Notes under the pieces: model-generated
What the model saw: only the letters and a program-made list of their open reading frames with translations
Told to the model about the DNA's origin: nothing
Database searches by the model: none
Shown here: positions 40,786 through 48,878 of the stretch, in pieces
Layout: every line of letters begins with the position of its first letter
How positions within the stretch are numbered: the stretch's first letter is position 1
NCBI GenBank assembly: GCA_016744435.1
Contig: JADGEJ010000009.1
Location: 620-64,619 of the forward strand
DNA from: Lentibacter sp.
Lineage (GTDB): Bacteria; Pseudomonadota; Alphaproteobacteria; Rhodobacterales; Rhodobacteraceae
Direction of reading: 5' to 3'
Length of the DNA stretch: 64,000 bases
Position numbers and translations under genes: made by a program

Positions 40786-40944
40786 TTGCCAGCGCTCTTT
40801 CTTGTTAGGGGCCTGCACTTTATTTGTGCATTGGTTTGACGAGCCACTAACGTGCAAAACAGCGGGATGTCAAACTCTGATCGCCGCGCATTGCAGAGTC
40901 TTGCTGATTGGGGTCAAGAATGCCGCAATCGGCATATCTACAAC

Positions 40945-41763
40945 CTAGGCGTGCCCGAGGGCAAACTTGATCACGGCTTTTATGCTGCCAAGAGCCTTGC
41001 GGTGTTTGGCAGCATAGGCAGTTCGCAACAAAGGCGCACGCCGCCCGAAAACCCGCTTCAGCATGGCGATGCGCGCCTGCACAATTACCGGATCATCCCA
41101 GATGTCGCCAGTGCTTTGCCCATCGTGCCAACCTGCCAGAACAGGCAGCGACATGCCAGAAAGCCCCGCTTTCAGCATGTCAGTCACGAAAATATAGTCT
41201 TCACCGATGGGAAAGCGCGCGCCGACGCCAAATGCGCTGTCAAATGTGAGGTCCGTTGTTTTCACATCAACCAGCCGAACCAGCAACTCGGGCACTGCCA
41301 CACGGCCGCTGTTGTAGGGGGTAAGCTGATATTCGCGTTTGGCGCGCGGGCTACTCGCAAACCGCTCACCGCGCCAACCCATCACGAAGCTTAAGGCCTT
41401 GTCGCCGGCCAGCGCAGCTTTCATGGCGGCGATCCCGTCAAGCGAAAGGCGAATGTCATCATCACAAAACAACAGAAACTCGGTGTCTGCCAGCTTAAGC
41501 GCCGCATTCCGGCTGTTGGCGATGCCAGCGTCTGTCAGTTCAACCACTGTAACGTCTGGCCGCTCAAAGGCTTGCGGCAGTGCCGCGGCTTCGGCTTTCT
41601 GGACGAGCACAATATAGCGCAAGCCGCCTTCAGGCGCGGGAAGGCTCACTTGTGCTGCGCGTGTGCCCATCGTGGAAATGGCCACAGTGACAATGCTTTG
41701 TTTGCCGGTTCGGCGAGCAGACAAGGAGTTTCCTTCGTGAGAGCGGCGCAGCGGCGTAGCCAT
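40945..41763 (-). CDS. Family 2 glycosyltransferase
   Basis: VTVAISTMG and a DxD-like FLLFCDDDIRL. Confidence 0.7.
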   Translation of the reverse strand: MATPLRRSHEGNSLSARRTGKQSIVTVAISTMGTRAAQVSLPAPEGGLRYIVLVQKAEAAALPQAFERPDVTVVELTDAGIANSRNAALKLADTEFLLFCDDDIRLSLDGIAAMKAALAGDKALSFVMGWRGERFASSPRAKREYQLTPYNSGRVAVPELLVRLVDVKTTDLTFDSAFGVGARFPIGEDYIFVTDMLKAGLSGMSLPVLAGWHDGQSTGDIWDDPVIVQARIAMLKRVFGRRAPLLRTAYAAKHRKALGSIKAVIKFALGHA

Positions 41764-41766
41764 GTT

Positions 41767-42381
41767 TTAGCCCTCTCGCATGAGCGCGGCCAGCGCCACA
41801 GTGTTTTGCCCGATTGAGCTTTGCGCAAGGGCGTCGGCAGCTGCGAGGCGGGCCGTATCAGGCTTGTTCTGGCCCAGTTTCCACGTGCCTTCAATGGCTT
41901 CAATGTGCAGCCGGAAAGGCACGATCTGGCGCAGCATCTTGGCCAGCGCGTCATCTGACACTTTGCTCATTTTCCAAATCGGCTTGGGGGCCAGTTGTTG
42001 CTCAAACTGCTCGGACAAGCGTTCAAGAACACCGGGCAACTCGGCGTCCGGCAGGCGCTCCAGTTGCCCGACCACATGTGCCGCGACATAGTTCCAAGTC
42101 GGCACCTGATCGTCCACTCCATACCAGTCTGGCGAGATATAGCCATGCGGGCCTTGCACCACGAGGCGCGCTGGCATTGGCGCCTTCATGGCACGGGTAA
42201 TATGCGTTGAACGCACCAAATGCAGCTCGGCGCTGGTGCCATCCTCAGACAGGCGGAACGGCACGTGGCTTACCAACGGGGCGCTCTCGGTGCTAACAGC
42301 TAACAGTCCAAAATTCTGCTCGCGGATGAACGCGAGACAATCAGCTTCGGGAGTTTGACGAAAAGCCGCGTTAGGGTGCAT
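41767..42381 (-). CDS. paiB: FMN-binding PaiB-family protein
   Basis: MHPNAAFRQ..., YISPDWY, VPTWNY and KLGQNK are PaiB hallmarks. The 117-codon N-terminal extension in the ORF track would run through the GST gene, so I rejected it. Confidence 0.75.
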   Translation of the reverse strand: MHPNAAFRQTPEADCLAFIREQNFGLLAVSTESAPLVSHVPFRLSEDGTSAELHLVRSTHITRAMKAPMPARLVVQGPHGYISPDWYGVDDQVPTWNYVAAHVVGQLERLPDAELPGVLERLSEQFEQQLAPKPIWKMSKVSDDALAKMLRQIVPFRLHIEAIEGTWKLGQNKPDTARLAAADALAQSSIGQNTVALAALMREG

Positions 42382-43018
42382 GGAGTGCCTCCGGAAAACT
42401 TGAGCCTGATGTGCCTGCTTGCCATGCAGGATATTTCCCCATGATCGCGGCAAAGCGGCCAGAGGCTTTGAATGCGCTGAGCCAAGCCACGACATGCGGC
42501 CAAGGCTGGGCCTCAAACCACGCGAGGTCAATATGGGCGAACTGGCGGATGAACGGTAGAATGGCGAAGTCAGCCAGCGTCGGCTTGGCCCCAAACAGCC
42601 AAGGCGCACCGTTAAGCTGCGTGTTGAGAGCAGTGACAAACTCGCTGGCCTGCGCGCGCTCGAGAGCAACGTCGACACCTTCATAGCGGCTGGCATATTT
42701 GGTGCGGTCCAGCGCTGCCTTGAACGGCCCATCGCAGGTCTTGATCAAGTCAAACCCGACGTCTGGCATGTTGAGCAGCGCTTCAGGGTCACTCTGCTCA
42801 AGAGCCCAAAGCATGATGTCAAAACTCTCGTCAATGTTGCCTGTCGCCAGCTCAAGGCAGGGCACTGTCGCGCTGGGGGACGCGGCGAGAAATGCCTCGG
42901 GTTTGTCGCGCAGTACGATCTCGCGCAGCTCGCATTCTGTGCCGCAGGAAAGCAAAGCTAGCCTTGCGCGCATCGCGTAGGGGCAGCGCCGAAACGACCA
43001 AAGCACAGGCCGCGCCAT
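42371..43018 (-). CDS. Glutathione S-transferase family protein
   Basis: LWSFRRCPYAMRARLAL...TVPCLE (thioredoxin-like N-domain) plus a helical C-domain. Confidence 0.7.
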   Translation of the reverse strand: MARPVLWSFRRCPYAMRARLALLSCGTECELREIVLRDKPEAFLAASPSATVPCLELATGNIDESFDIMLWALEQSDPEALLNMPDVGFDLIKTCDGPFKAALDRTKYASRYEGVDVALERAQASEFVTALNTQLNGAPWLFGAKPTLADFAILPFIRQFAHIDLAWFEAQPWPHVVAWLSAFKASGRFAAIMGKYPAWQAGTSGSSFPEALHAP

Positions 43019-44292
43019 TAGCAGGCCTCGGCAAGGAGGTGGCCGCCGGATTGCCCGACAACCTGCGCCTTCAGGACCGAGCCCTCGGCTTGTGGCTGTG
43101 CAATGCGCACTTCGGTGAACTGCTCAGTGCGGCCCATGTGGGCATTCTCCATCAGCACATGGTGTGTCTTGCCCTGTTGGTGGCTCAGATGCATCGCCAC
43201 GCGTTGCTCTCCCGCGGCTCGCAGTTGTGCCGCGCGTTCCTTGATGGCGCCGCCGTGCACGGCAGGCATTCGTGCCGCTGGCGTGCCTTCACGGGCGGAA
43301 TAGGGGAAGACATGCAGCCACGTTAGCTGGCATTCATCCACCAGCTTGAGGGAGTTCTCAAAATGCGCCTCTGTCTCTGTCGGGAAGCCCGCGATGATGT
43401 CGGCACCGAACGTCATGTCAGGCCGCAGCTTCAGCGCTTCTTCGGTAAAGCGGATCGCGTCGTCTCGCAGGTGCCGCCTCTTCATGCGCTTGAGGATCAA
43501 GTCATCGCCGTGCTGCAAACTGAGGTGTAAGTGCGGCATCAGGCGGTTTTCGGTGGCGATAGCCTGCATCAGGTTTTCGTCGGCCTCAATGCTGTCGATC
43601 GAGCTGATCCGCAGGCGCGGCAAGTCAGGCACCAGCTTCAGGATGCGCATCACCAAGTCGCCAAAGCGCGGTGCGGCAGGCAAGTCAGCGCCCCAACTGG
43701 TCAGGTCAACACCGGTCAGCACGACCTCGTTGAAGCCACGGTCAACCAGCCTCTTGATCTGCTCAACCACGACACCTGCGGGAACAGAGCGCGAGTTGCC
43801 GCGCCCGTATGGGATGATGCAAAACGTGCAGCGGTGGTCGCAGCCATTTTGCACCTGCACATAGGCGCGTGAGCGTGTGCCGAACCCGTCGATCATGTGG
43901 CCCGCAGTTTCCGTCACAGACATGATGTCGTTGACGATCACTTTCTCGGTGTCGCCGATCATGTCAGGCGCAAGGCTGGCCCAGGTTTCTGGCTGCATCT
44001 TCTCGTGGTTGCCGACAACGCGGGTGACTTCGTCCATCGCGGCGAAAGTCTCAGGCTCGGTTTGCGCGGCACACCCCGTCACGATGATCGGTGCCTCAGG
44101 GTGCTCGCGACGCAGCCGTCTGATCTCTTTCTTGGCCTTGCGCACAGCCTCAGCCGTGACGGCGCATGTGTTCACAACCTGCGCGTCTTGCAAGCCCGCG
44201 CTCGCGGCCAACTCGCGCATCGCCTCGCTTTCGTAAGCGTTCAGGCGGCAGCCCAGTGTCGTAAACTTCGGCGCGCTCATGTCAGCCGCCAT
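43018..44292 (-). CDS. mtaB: MiaB-like radical-SAM methylthiotransferase (tRNA ms2t6A)
   Basis: N-terminal UPF0004 ([12 protein letters not shown]), a radical-SAM motif [15 protein letters not shown], and a TRAM-like C-terminus. Confidence 0.85.
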   Translation of the reverse strand: MAADMSAPKFTTLGCRLNAYESEAMRELAASAGLQDAQVVNTCAVTAEAVRKAKKEIRRLRREHPEAPIIVTGCAAQTEPETFAAMDEVTRVVGNHEKMQPETWASLAPDMIGDTEKVIVNDIMSVTETAGHMIDGFGTRSRAYVQVQNGCDHRCTFCIIPYGRGNSRSVPAGVVVEQIKRLVDRGFNEVVLTGVDLTSWGADLPAAPRFGDLVMRILKLVPDLPRLRISSIDSIEADENLMQAIATENRLMPHLHLSLQHGDDLILKRMKRRHLRDDAIRFTEEALKLRPDMTFGADIIAGFPTETEAHFENSLKLVDECQLTWLHVFPYSAREGTPAARMPAVHGGAIKERAAQLRAAGEQRVAMHLSHQQGKTHHVLMENAHMGRTEQFTEVRIAQPQAEGSVLKAQVVGQSGGHLLAEAC

Positions 44293-45098
44293 TGCCCGTC
44301 AAACACATGCGCGGTTGCGCCCGTCATCCAGACGCCGTCGTCGCGCTGCTCGATAAAGAGCGAGCCTCCGTCAAGCACGATCTCGGCCTTAGCGCCCGTG
44401 ATGCCCTGCGCATGGGCCGCAACCAAAGTTGCACAAGCGCCCGACCCGCAGGCCAAGGTGATTCCTGCGCCGCGCTCCCAAACCCGCATGCGCAGTTTGT
44501 TTTCGCCAAGCTTTGAAACGAACTCAACATTCGTCGCCTCGGGGAAGAGCGGGTCATGCTCAACTGCTGCGCCACGCATCGGCAGGTCAACCGCCTCGGC
44601 GTTGTCGACAAAAAACACAGCGTGCGGGTTGCCCATACCGACGGCATGCGGTGCGCCCTCGATCGGCAGCGCACGCGTGTCGACATCCTGCGCCAGCGGC
44701 ACCTCTTGCCAGTGCGTTTGCGGCAAGCCCATGTTCACGCTCGGCCCTCCGGGTGTCATCCGTGCCTCTAGCAGCCCGCGCGCCGTGCGAATGCGCACGC
44801 CCTTGGCGCCGCTCTCGCTCATCACATGCTGCGCGACACAGCGGGTTGCGTTGCCGCAAGCGCCCGCTTGGCTCCCGTCCGAGTTCCAGAATGTCAGGTG
44901 AATATCTGCATCATCTGCATCCGTGATCTCGGCAAGCTGATCATAACCAACACCGCGGTGCCTGTCGCCCATCGCGCGGGCAAGCTCTTCTGTCATCAGT
45001 GAGTCGCGCCCACGGCTGTCGATGACAACGAAATCGTTGCCAAGCCCATGCATTTTCATGAAAGGAATATGAGTCGCGTGTGTGTTCATAAGGCGCAT
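44277..45098 (-). CDS. dapF: Diaminopimelate epimerase
   Basis: [21 protein letters not shown] and CGSGACA. I prefer the ATG at 45098 because an AGGAG lies 9 nt upstream. Alternatives are 45128 and 45089. Confidence 0.88.
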   Translation of the reverse strand: MRLMNTHATHIPFMKMHGLGNDFVVIDSRGRDSLMTEELARAMGDRHRGVGYDQLAEITDADDADIHLTFWNSDGSQAGACGNATRCVAQHVMSESGAKGVRIRTARGLLEARMTPGGPSVNMGLPQTHWQEVPLAQDVDTRALPIEGAPHAVGMGNPHAVFFVDNAEAVDLPMRGAAVEHDPLFPEATNVEFVSKLGENKLRMRVWERGAGITLACGSGACATLVAAHAQGITGAKAEIVLDGGSLFIEQRDDGVWMTGATAHVFDGQWRLT

Positions 45099-45195
45099 AT
45101 ACGCCCGCTCCTGAAAGGAATCCAGCATCAGGGCGAATTTCCTCCATTTTCGGGGTTGACCCCCCCGCCCGCTCTTTCTAGATACGGCGCTTAGT

Positions 45196-45271
45196 GGGCC
45201 GTTAGCTCAGTTGGTAGAGCAACTGACTTTTAATCAGTAGGTCGATGGTTCGAACCCATCACGGCTCACCA
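45196..45271 (+). tRNA. tRNA-Lys (anticodon UUU)
   Basis: Manual cloverleaf: acceptor GGGCCGT/ACGGCTC (one G-U pair), D arm GCTC-AGTTGGTA-GAGC, anticodon arm ACTGA-CTTTTAA-TCAGT, T arm GATGG-TTCGAAC-CCATC, and an encoded CCA. Confidence 0.9.
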
Positions 45272-45296
45272 TTTTTTCCATTATGATCAATTGGTT

Positions 45297-45316
45297 GCGC
45301 GAATTGCAATTCGCGC
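45297..45316. repeat. Perfect 20-bp palindrome GCGCGAATTGCAATTCGCGC
   Basis: Read directly from the sequence. It lies 26 nt after the tRNA 3' end. Confidence 0.9.
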
Positions 45317-45483
45317 CGCTCGCTGCATTTGATTTGCCGGAAGCTATACGGAAGCAACGTGACAGAGAAAACCCTGTGATGATTCTGCATCAGCGTGAAA
45401 AGCTGGGCATGGCTGGCTGTTCTAATCACACGACGGCTTGAAAGTTCTAGCGGCCCCTCGCTACAGTCAGCAAAACACAAGGG

Positions 45484-48400
45484 ATGGTTGCATTGGGCCT
45501 CATAGAAGAATTTCTCGCCAAAGTTCAGGCAATCCATAAAACAGGCATTGCGACAGAGCATTCCTACCGCTCGGCTTTTGAATTTTTGTTCGCCGCACTA
45601 GACGAAAACGTCAGCGCCTTGAACGAGCCGAAGCGCGTTCAGTGCGGCGCGCCTGATTTCATTGTTCAGCAGGGCGACATTGTGATTGGCCATGTTGAGG
45701 CCAAAGACTTGCACATTGGCCTTCGCGGCATGAAAGACGCCAACAAAAACCAGCAAGATCGCTACCGTAAAGCGCTTTCCAACCTGATCTATACCAATTG
45801 CCTTGATTGGGACTTTTACCGCGATGGCGAGCTATACGCTTCTGTCACAATCGCTGATTTCGTCATGGGTCTTCAGCCTAAGCCAGAGCAGTTTGAGGCA
45901 CTCGAAAACCTGTTGCGCGACTTTATCGCCCAGCGTCCACAAACGATCACCTCGCCAAAAAACCTCGCCGAGCGCATGGCGGGCAAGGCTATCTTGATCA
46001 AAGATGTGCTGCAAAACGCGCTGCGTGAAGATGAGCACCTGCAAACAGAGCTGGCAAACCAGTACCGCGCATTCAAAACCCACCTGATTCACGACATCAC
46101 AGCGACTGACTTCGCCGATATCTACGCCGAGACAATAGCTTACGGCATGTTCGCGGCGCGCCTTCACGACAAAACGCTAGACACGTTTGACCGCCACGAA
46201 GCGCTAGAGCTGTTGCCAAAGTCCAACCCGTTCCTGCGCTCGCTTTTCGGCTATATCGCGGGGCACGATCTGGACGAGCGCATCAAGTGGATCATCGACG
46301 ATCTGGCGCGCGTGTTCCGCGCCGCCGACGTCGGCAAGATCATGCAAGGCTTTGGCAAGCTGACAGGGCAGTCTGACCCGTTCCTGCACTTCTACGAAAC
46401 CTTCCTCGCCGCCTACAACCCTGCCAAGCGCAAGGCGCGCGGGGTTTGGTATACGCCCGAGCCCGTCGTCAACTTTATCGTGCGCGCAGTCGACGAAGTG
46501 CTGCAAACCGAGTTTGGCTTGCCTGACGGGCTGGCCGACACTTCAAAAGTCACGATTGATTGGGATACAGGCCAGACCGACAAAAAGGGCCGCGCCCAAA
46601 CCATCAAGAAAGAAGTGCACCGCGTTCAAGTGCTTGACCCTGCCACAGGCACAGGCACGTTTCTGGCCGAGGTGATCAAACAGATCGCGCCCAAGGTAAA
46701 GGACGTCGCCGAGGGCATGTGGTCGCCCTATATCGAGCGTGACTTGATCCCGCGCTTGCATGGCTTTGAGTTGCTCATGGCCTCCTACGCGATGTGCCAC
46801 ATGAAGCTTGATATGATGCTGACAGAGCTTGGCTATGTGCCCACAGGGACGCCGCCGCGCCTTGGGGTCTATCTGACAAACTCGCTGGAAGAGGGCGAGC
46901 CGGCCAACCAAGCGCTGCCCTTTGCGCAGTGGCTGTCCAACGAGGTTAAGGAAGCCAATACCATCAAGCGCGACATGCCGATCATGTGCATCGTGGGGAA
47001 CCCGCCTTACCTTGGCGAAGGCGGCAAATCCGAGGGCTGGATCGGCGGCCTAATGGACGACTACAAAAAAGAGCCGGGCGGCAAAGAAAAGCTGAAAGAG
47101 CGCAACCCCAAATGGCTCAATGATCTTTACGTCAAGTTCCTGCGCATGTCCTCACACCTTATCGAGAAGAACGGCGAGGGCGTGCTGGGGTTTATCACCA
47201 ACCATGGCTACCTCGACAACCCGACATTCCGCGGCATGCGCTGGCATTTGCTCAAGACATTCGACAAGATTTACATCCTTGATCTGCACGGAAACGCGAA
47301 GAAAAAGGAAGTCACCCCTGAGGGCAAACCCGACAAGAACGTCTTTGATATTCAACAGGGCGTGGCGATCATCATTGGGGTGAAAAAGAAAGACGGTGGC
47401 GACGGTCTGGCCGAGGTGTTCCACGGTGATTTGTGGGGAGATCGGGCAGGGAAGTATGCGGCTTTGCTAAATGCAGTTGTTTCGTCGGATGTCTTTCAAA
47501 CGATCGAATGTCCCGCACCACAACATTCCTTTGTGGCAAGGGACTATGAATTACTTGAAAAATACGAAGTTGGCTTTTCGATTAAGAAAATCTTCCTTGA
47601 TGGACAGCTAGGTTTTCAAACGCATCGAGATCAGTTCGCGACGTCAGAAAACTATTCAGAATTGGCTTTACGTCTGCAGGCGCTTTCGGATTCAAATAGA
47701 GAACCGACAGAACTAGCGAAGGCTTTTGGCTTAAACGAAAGAAATTCATTGGCCTTGGCCAAAGCCTGTAAACGACTGCGCGTTCGATGCAACGAAAGCG
47801 CAGAAATCTCAAACTGTTGGTATCGTCCTTTTGAAAAACGTTTCTACTTCACCAGCAATGATCTGAATGACCGTCCAAGACCAAACCTGAACAAGCATTT
47901 TGGGAGTAACCAAAATTTGTCAATTTGCCTATCGAGGCAACTTTCGTTTGAGGGCTACAGGCACGCTATTGTCGCAGACTTAGCTGCTGAAAGCTGCTAT
48001 ATTTCCAATAAGACGAAGGAAGGGAACGTTAATTTCCCCCTCTACCTTTACCCAGACGAGCAAGAGCTTGATCAAACCCGCCGTGTGAACTTTGATCCGA
48101 AGCTGTGGAAACAGCTCCAAGCCAAGGCCAAGCACAAGACCCACGGCACGCCTGACGAGGTGCAGACGTTTGACTACATCTACGGCGTGCTGCATTGCCC
48201 TGCGTATCGCGAGACATATGCCGAGTTTCTCAAGATCGACTTTCCGCGCATTCCGTGGCCCGCCAGCCCCGACGAGTTCTGGGATATCTCCGCCAAAGGC
48301 TGCGAGCTGCGCAAGCTTCACCTGATGGAGCCCGCAGCTGTCGGCCGCGCGCCTTACCCGTTCAAAGGGCAGGGCGACGGCACGGTTGAAAAGCCCGTGT

Positions 48401-48636
48401 TCAAAGACGGCCAAGTCTGGATCAACGAGACGCAATACTTTGACGCCGCCCCGCCCGTGGCTTGGGAGTTCTACATCGGCGGCTACCAGCCTGCGCAAAA
48501 GTGGCTGAAAGACCGTAAGGGGCGTGAGCTTTCGTTTGAAGACGTGAAGCACTACCAGAGCATTCTCAAAATCCTGTCTGAAACTGACCGGATCATGCAA
48601 ACGGTCACTATGACACTGGATTCACCCGCAAGCTGA
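45484..48636 (+). CDS. Single-chain Type IIG-like restriction-modification enzyme (PD-ExK nuclease + gamma-class N6-adenine MTase + specificity/Type-ISP-like C-terminal domain)
   Basis: N-terminal GAPDFIV...GHVEAKD (PD...ExK). MTase motif I VLDPATGTGTFL and motif IV IVGNPPYL. The C-terminal FDYIYGVLHCPAYRETYAEFLKIDFPRIPWP is typical of Type ISP/YeeA-like C-domains. No helicase domain is present. Confidence 0.7.
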   Translation: MVALGLIEEFLAKVQAIHKTGIATEHSYRSAFEFLFAALDENVSALNEPKRVQCGAPDFIVQQGDIVIGHVEAKDLHIGLRGMKDANKNQQDRYRKALSNLIYTNCLDWDFYRDGELYASVTIADFVMGLQPKPEQFEALENLLRDFIAQRPQTITSPKNLAERMAGKAILIKDVLQNALREDEHLQTELANQYRAFKTHLIHDITATDFADIYAETIAYGMFAARLHDKTLDTFDRHEALELLPKSNPFLRSLFGYIAGHDLDERIKWIIDDLARVFRAADVGKIMQGFGKLTGQSDPFLHFYETFLAAYNPAKRKARGVWYTPEPVVNFIVRAVDEVLQTEFGLPDGLADTSKVTIDWDTGQTDKKGRAQTIKKEVHRVQVLDPATGTGTFLAEVIKQIAPKVKDVAEGMWSPYIERDLIPRLHGFELLMASYAMCHMKLDMMLTELGYVPTGTPPRLGVYLTNSLEEGEPANQALPFAQWLSNEVKEANTIKRDMPIMCIVGNPPYLGEGGKSEGWIGGLMDDYKKEPGGKEKLKERNPKWLNDLYVKFLRMSSHLIEKNGEGVLGFITNHGYLDNPTFRGMRWHLLKTFDKIYILDLHGNAKKKEVTPEGKPDKNVFDIQQGVAIIIGVKKKDGGDGLAEVFHGDLWGDRAGKYAALLNAVVSSDVFQTIECPAPQHSFVARDYELLEKYEVGFSIKKIFLDGQLGFQTHRDQFATSENYSELALRLQALSDSNREPTELAKAFGLNERNSLALAKACKRLRVRCNESAEISNCWYRPFEKRFYFTSNDLNDRPRPNLNKHFGSNQNLSICLSRQLSFEGYRHAIVADLAAESCYISNKTKEGNVNFPLYLYPDEQELDQTRRVNFDPKLWKQLQAKAKHKTHGTPDEVQTFDYIYGVLHCPAYRETYAEFLKIDFPRIPWPASPDEFWDISAKGCELRKLHLMEPAAVGRAPYPFKGQGDGTVEKPVFKDGQVWINETQYFDAAPPVAWEFYIGGYQPAQKWLKDRKGRELSFEDVKHYQSILKILSETDRIMQTVTMTLDSPAS

Positions 48637-48878
48637 CACGCGAAAACGCCCTACGTAATGTAAGGCGTTCGCGACTGTCTGTAATGTTACTTTACGGCTC
48701 TGGTCGTTGGATAAGCGAACACCTAAGCATATTGCTCCGCCGATTACAGTCTCGCGCAAAACAAAGCATACCTTAGACCGAACGTGATCCAAGATATGCT
48801 TTTTGGTACAAAGCTGCCTTCCTCTCAATCTCAGTGAAGCATGCTTCCGGCGCTTTTCGTTTGTGTGATGAGCCGCTC

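Noticed and set aside
42382-42732. 117-codon N-terminal extension of the PaiB ORF, and the similar 49-codon extension of the PhnD-like ORF at 8788-8934
   Set aside because: Each extension would overlap a well-supported upstream gene in another frame. Internal ATGs give proteins that begin where the family normally begins and sit right after the upstream stop.
43897-44901. 334-aa plus-strand ORF
   Set aside because: It is antisense to mtaB and dapF, both of which carry diagnostic motifs. The sequence is low-complexity and Ala/Arg/Ser-rich.
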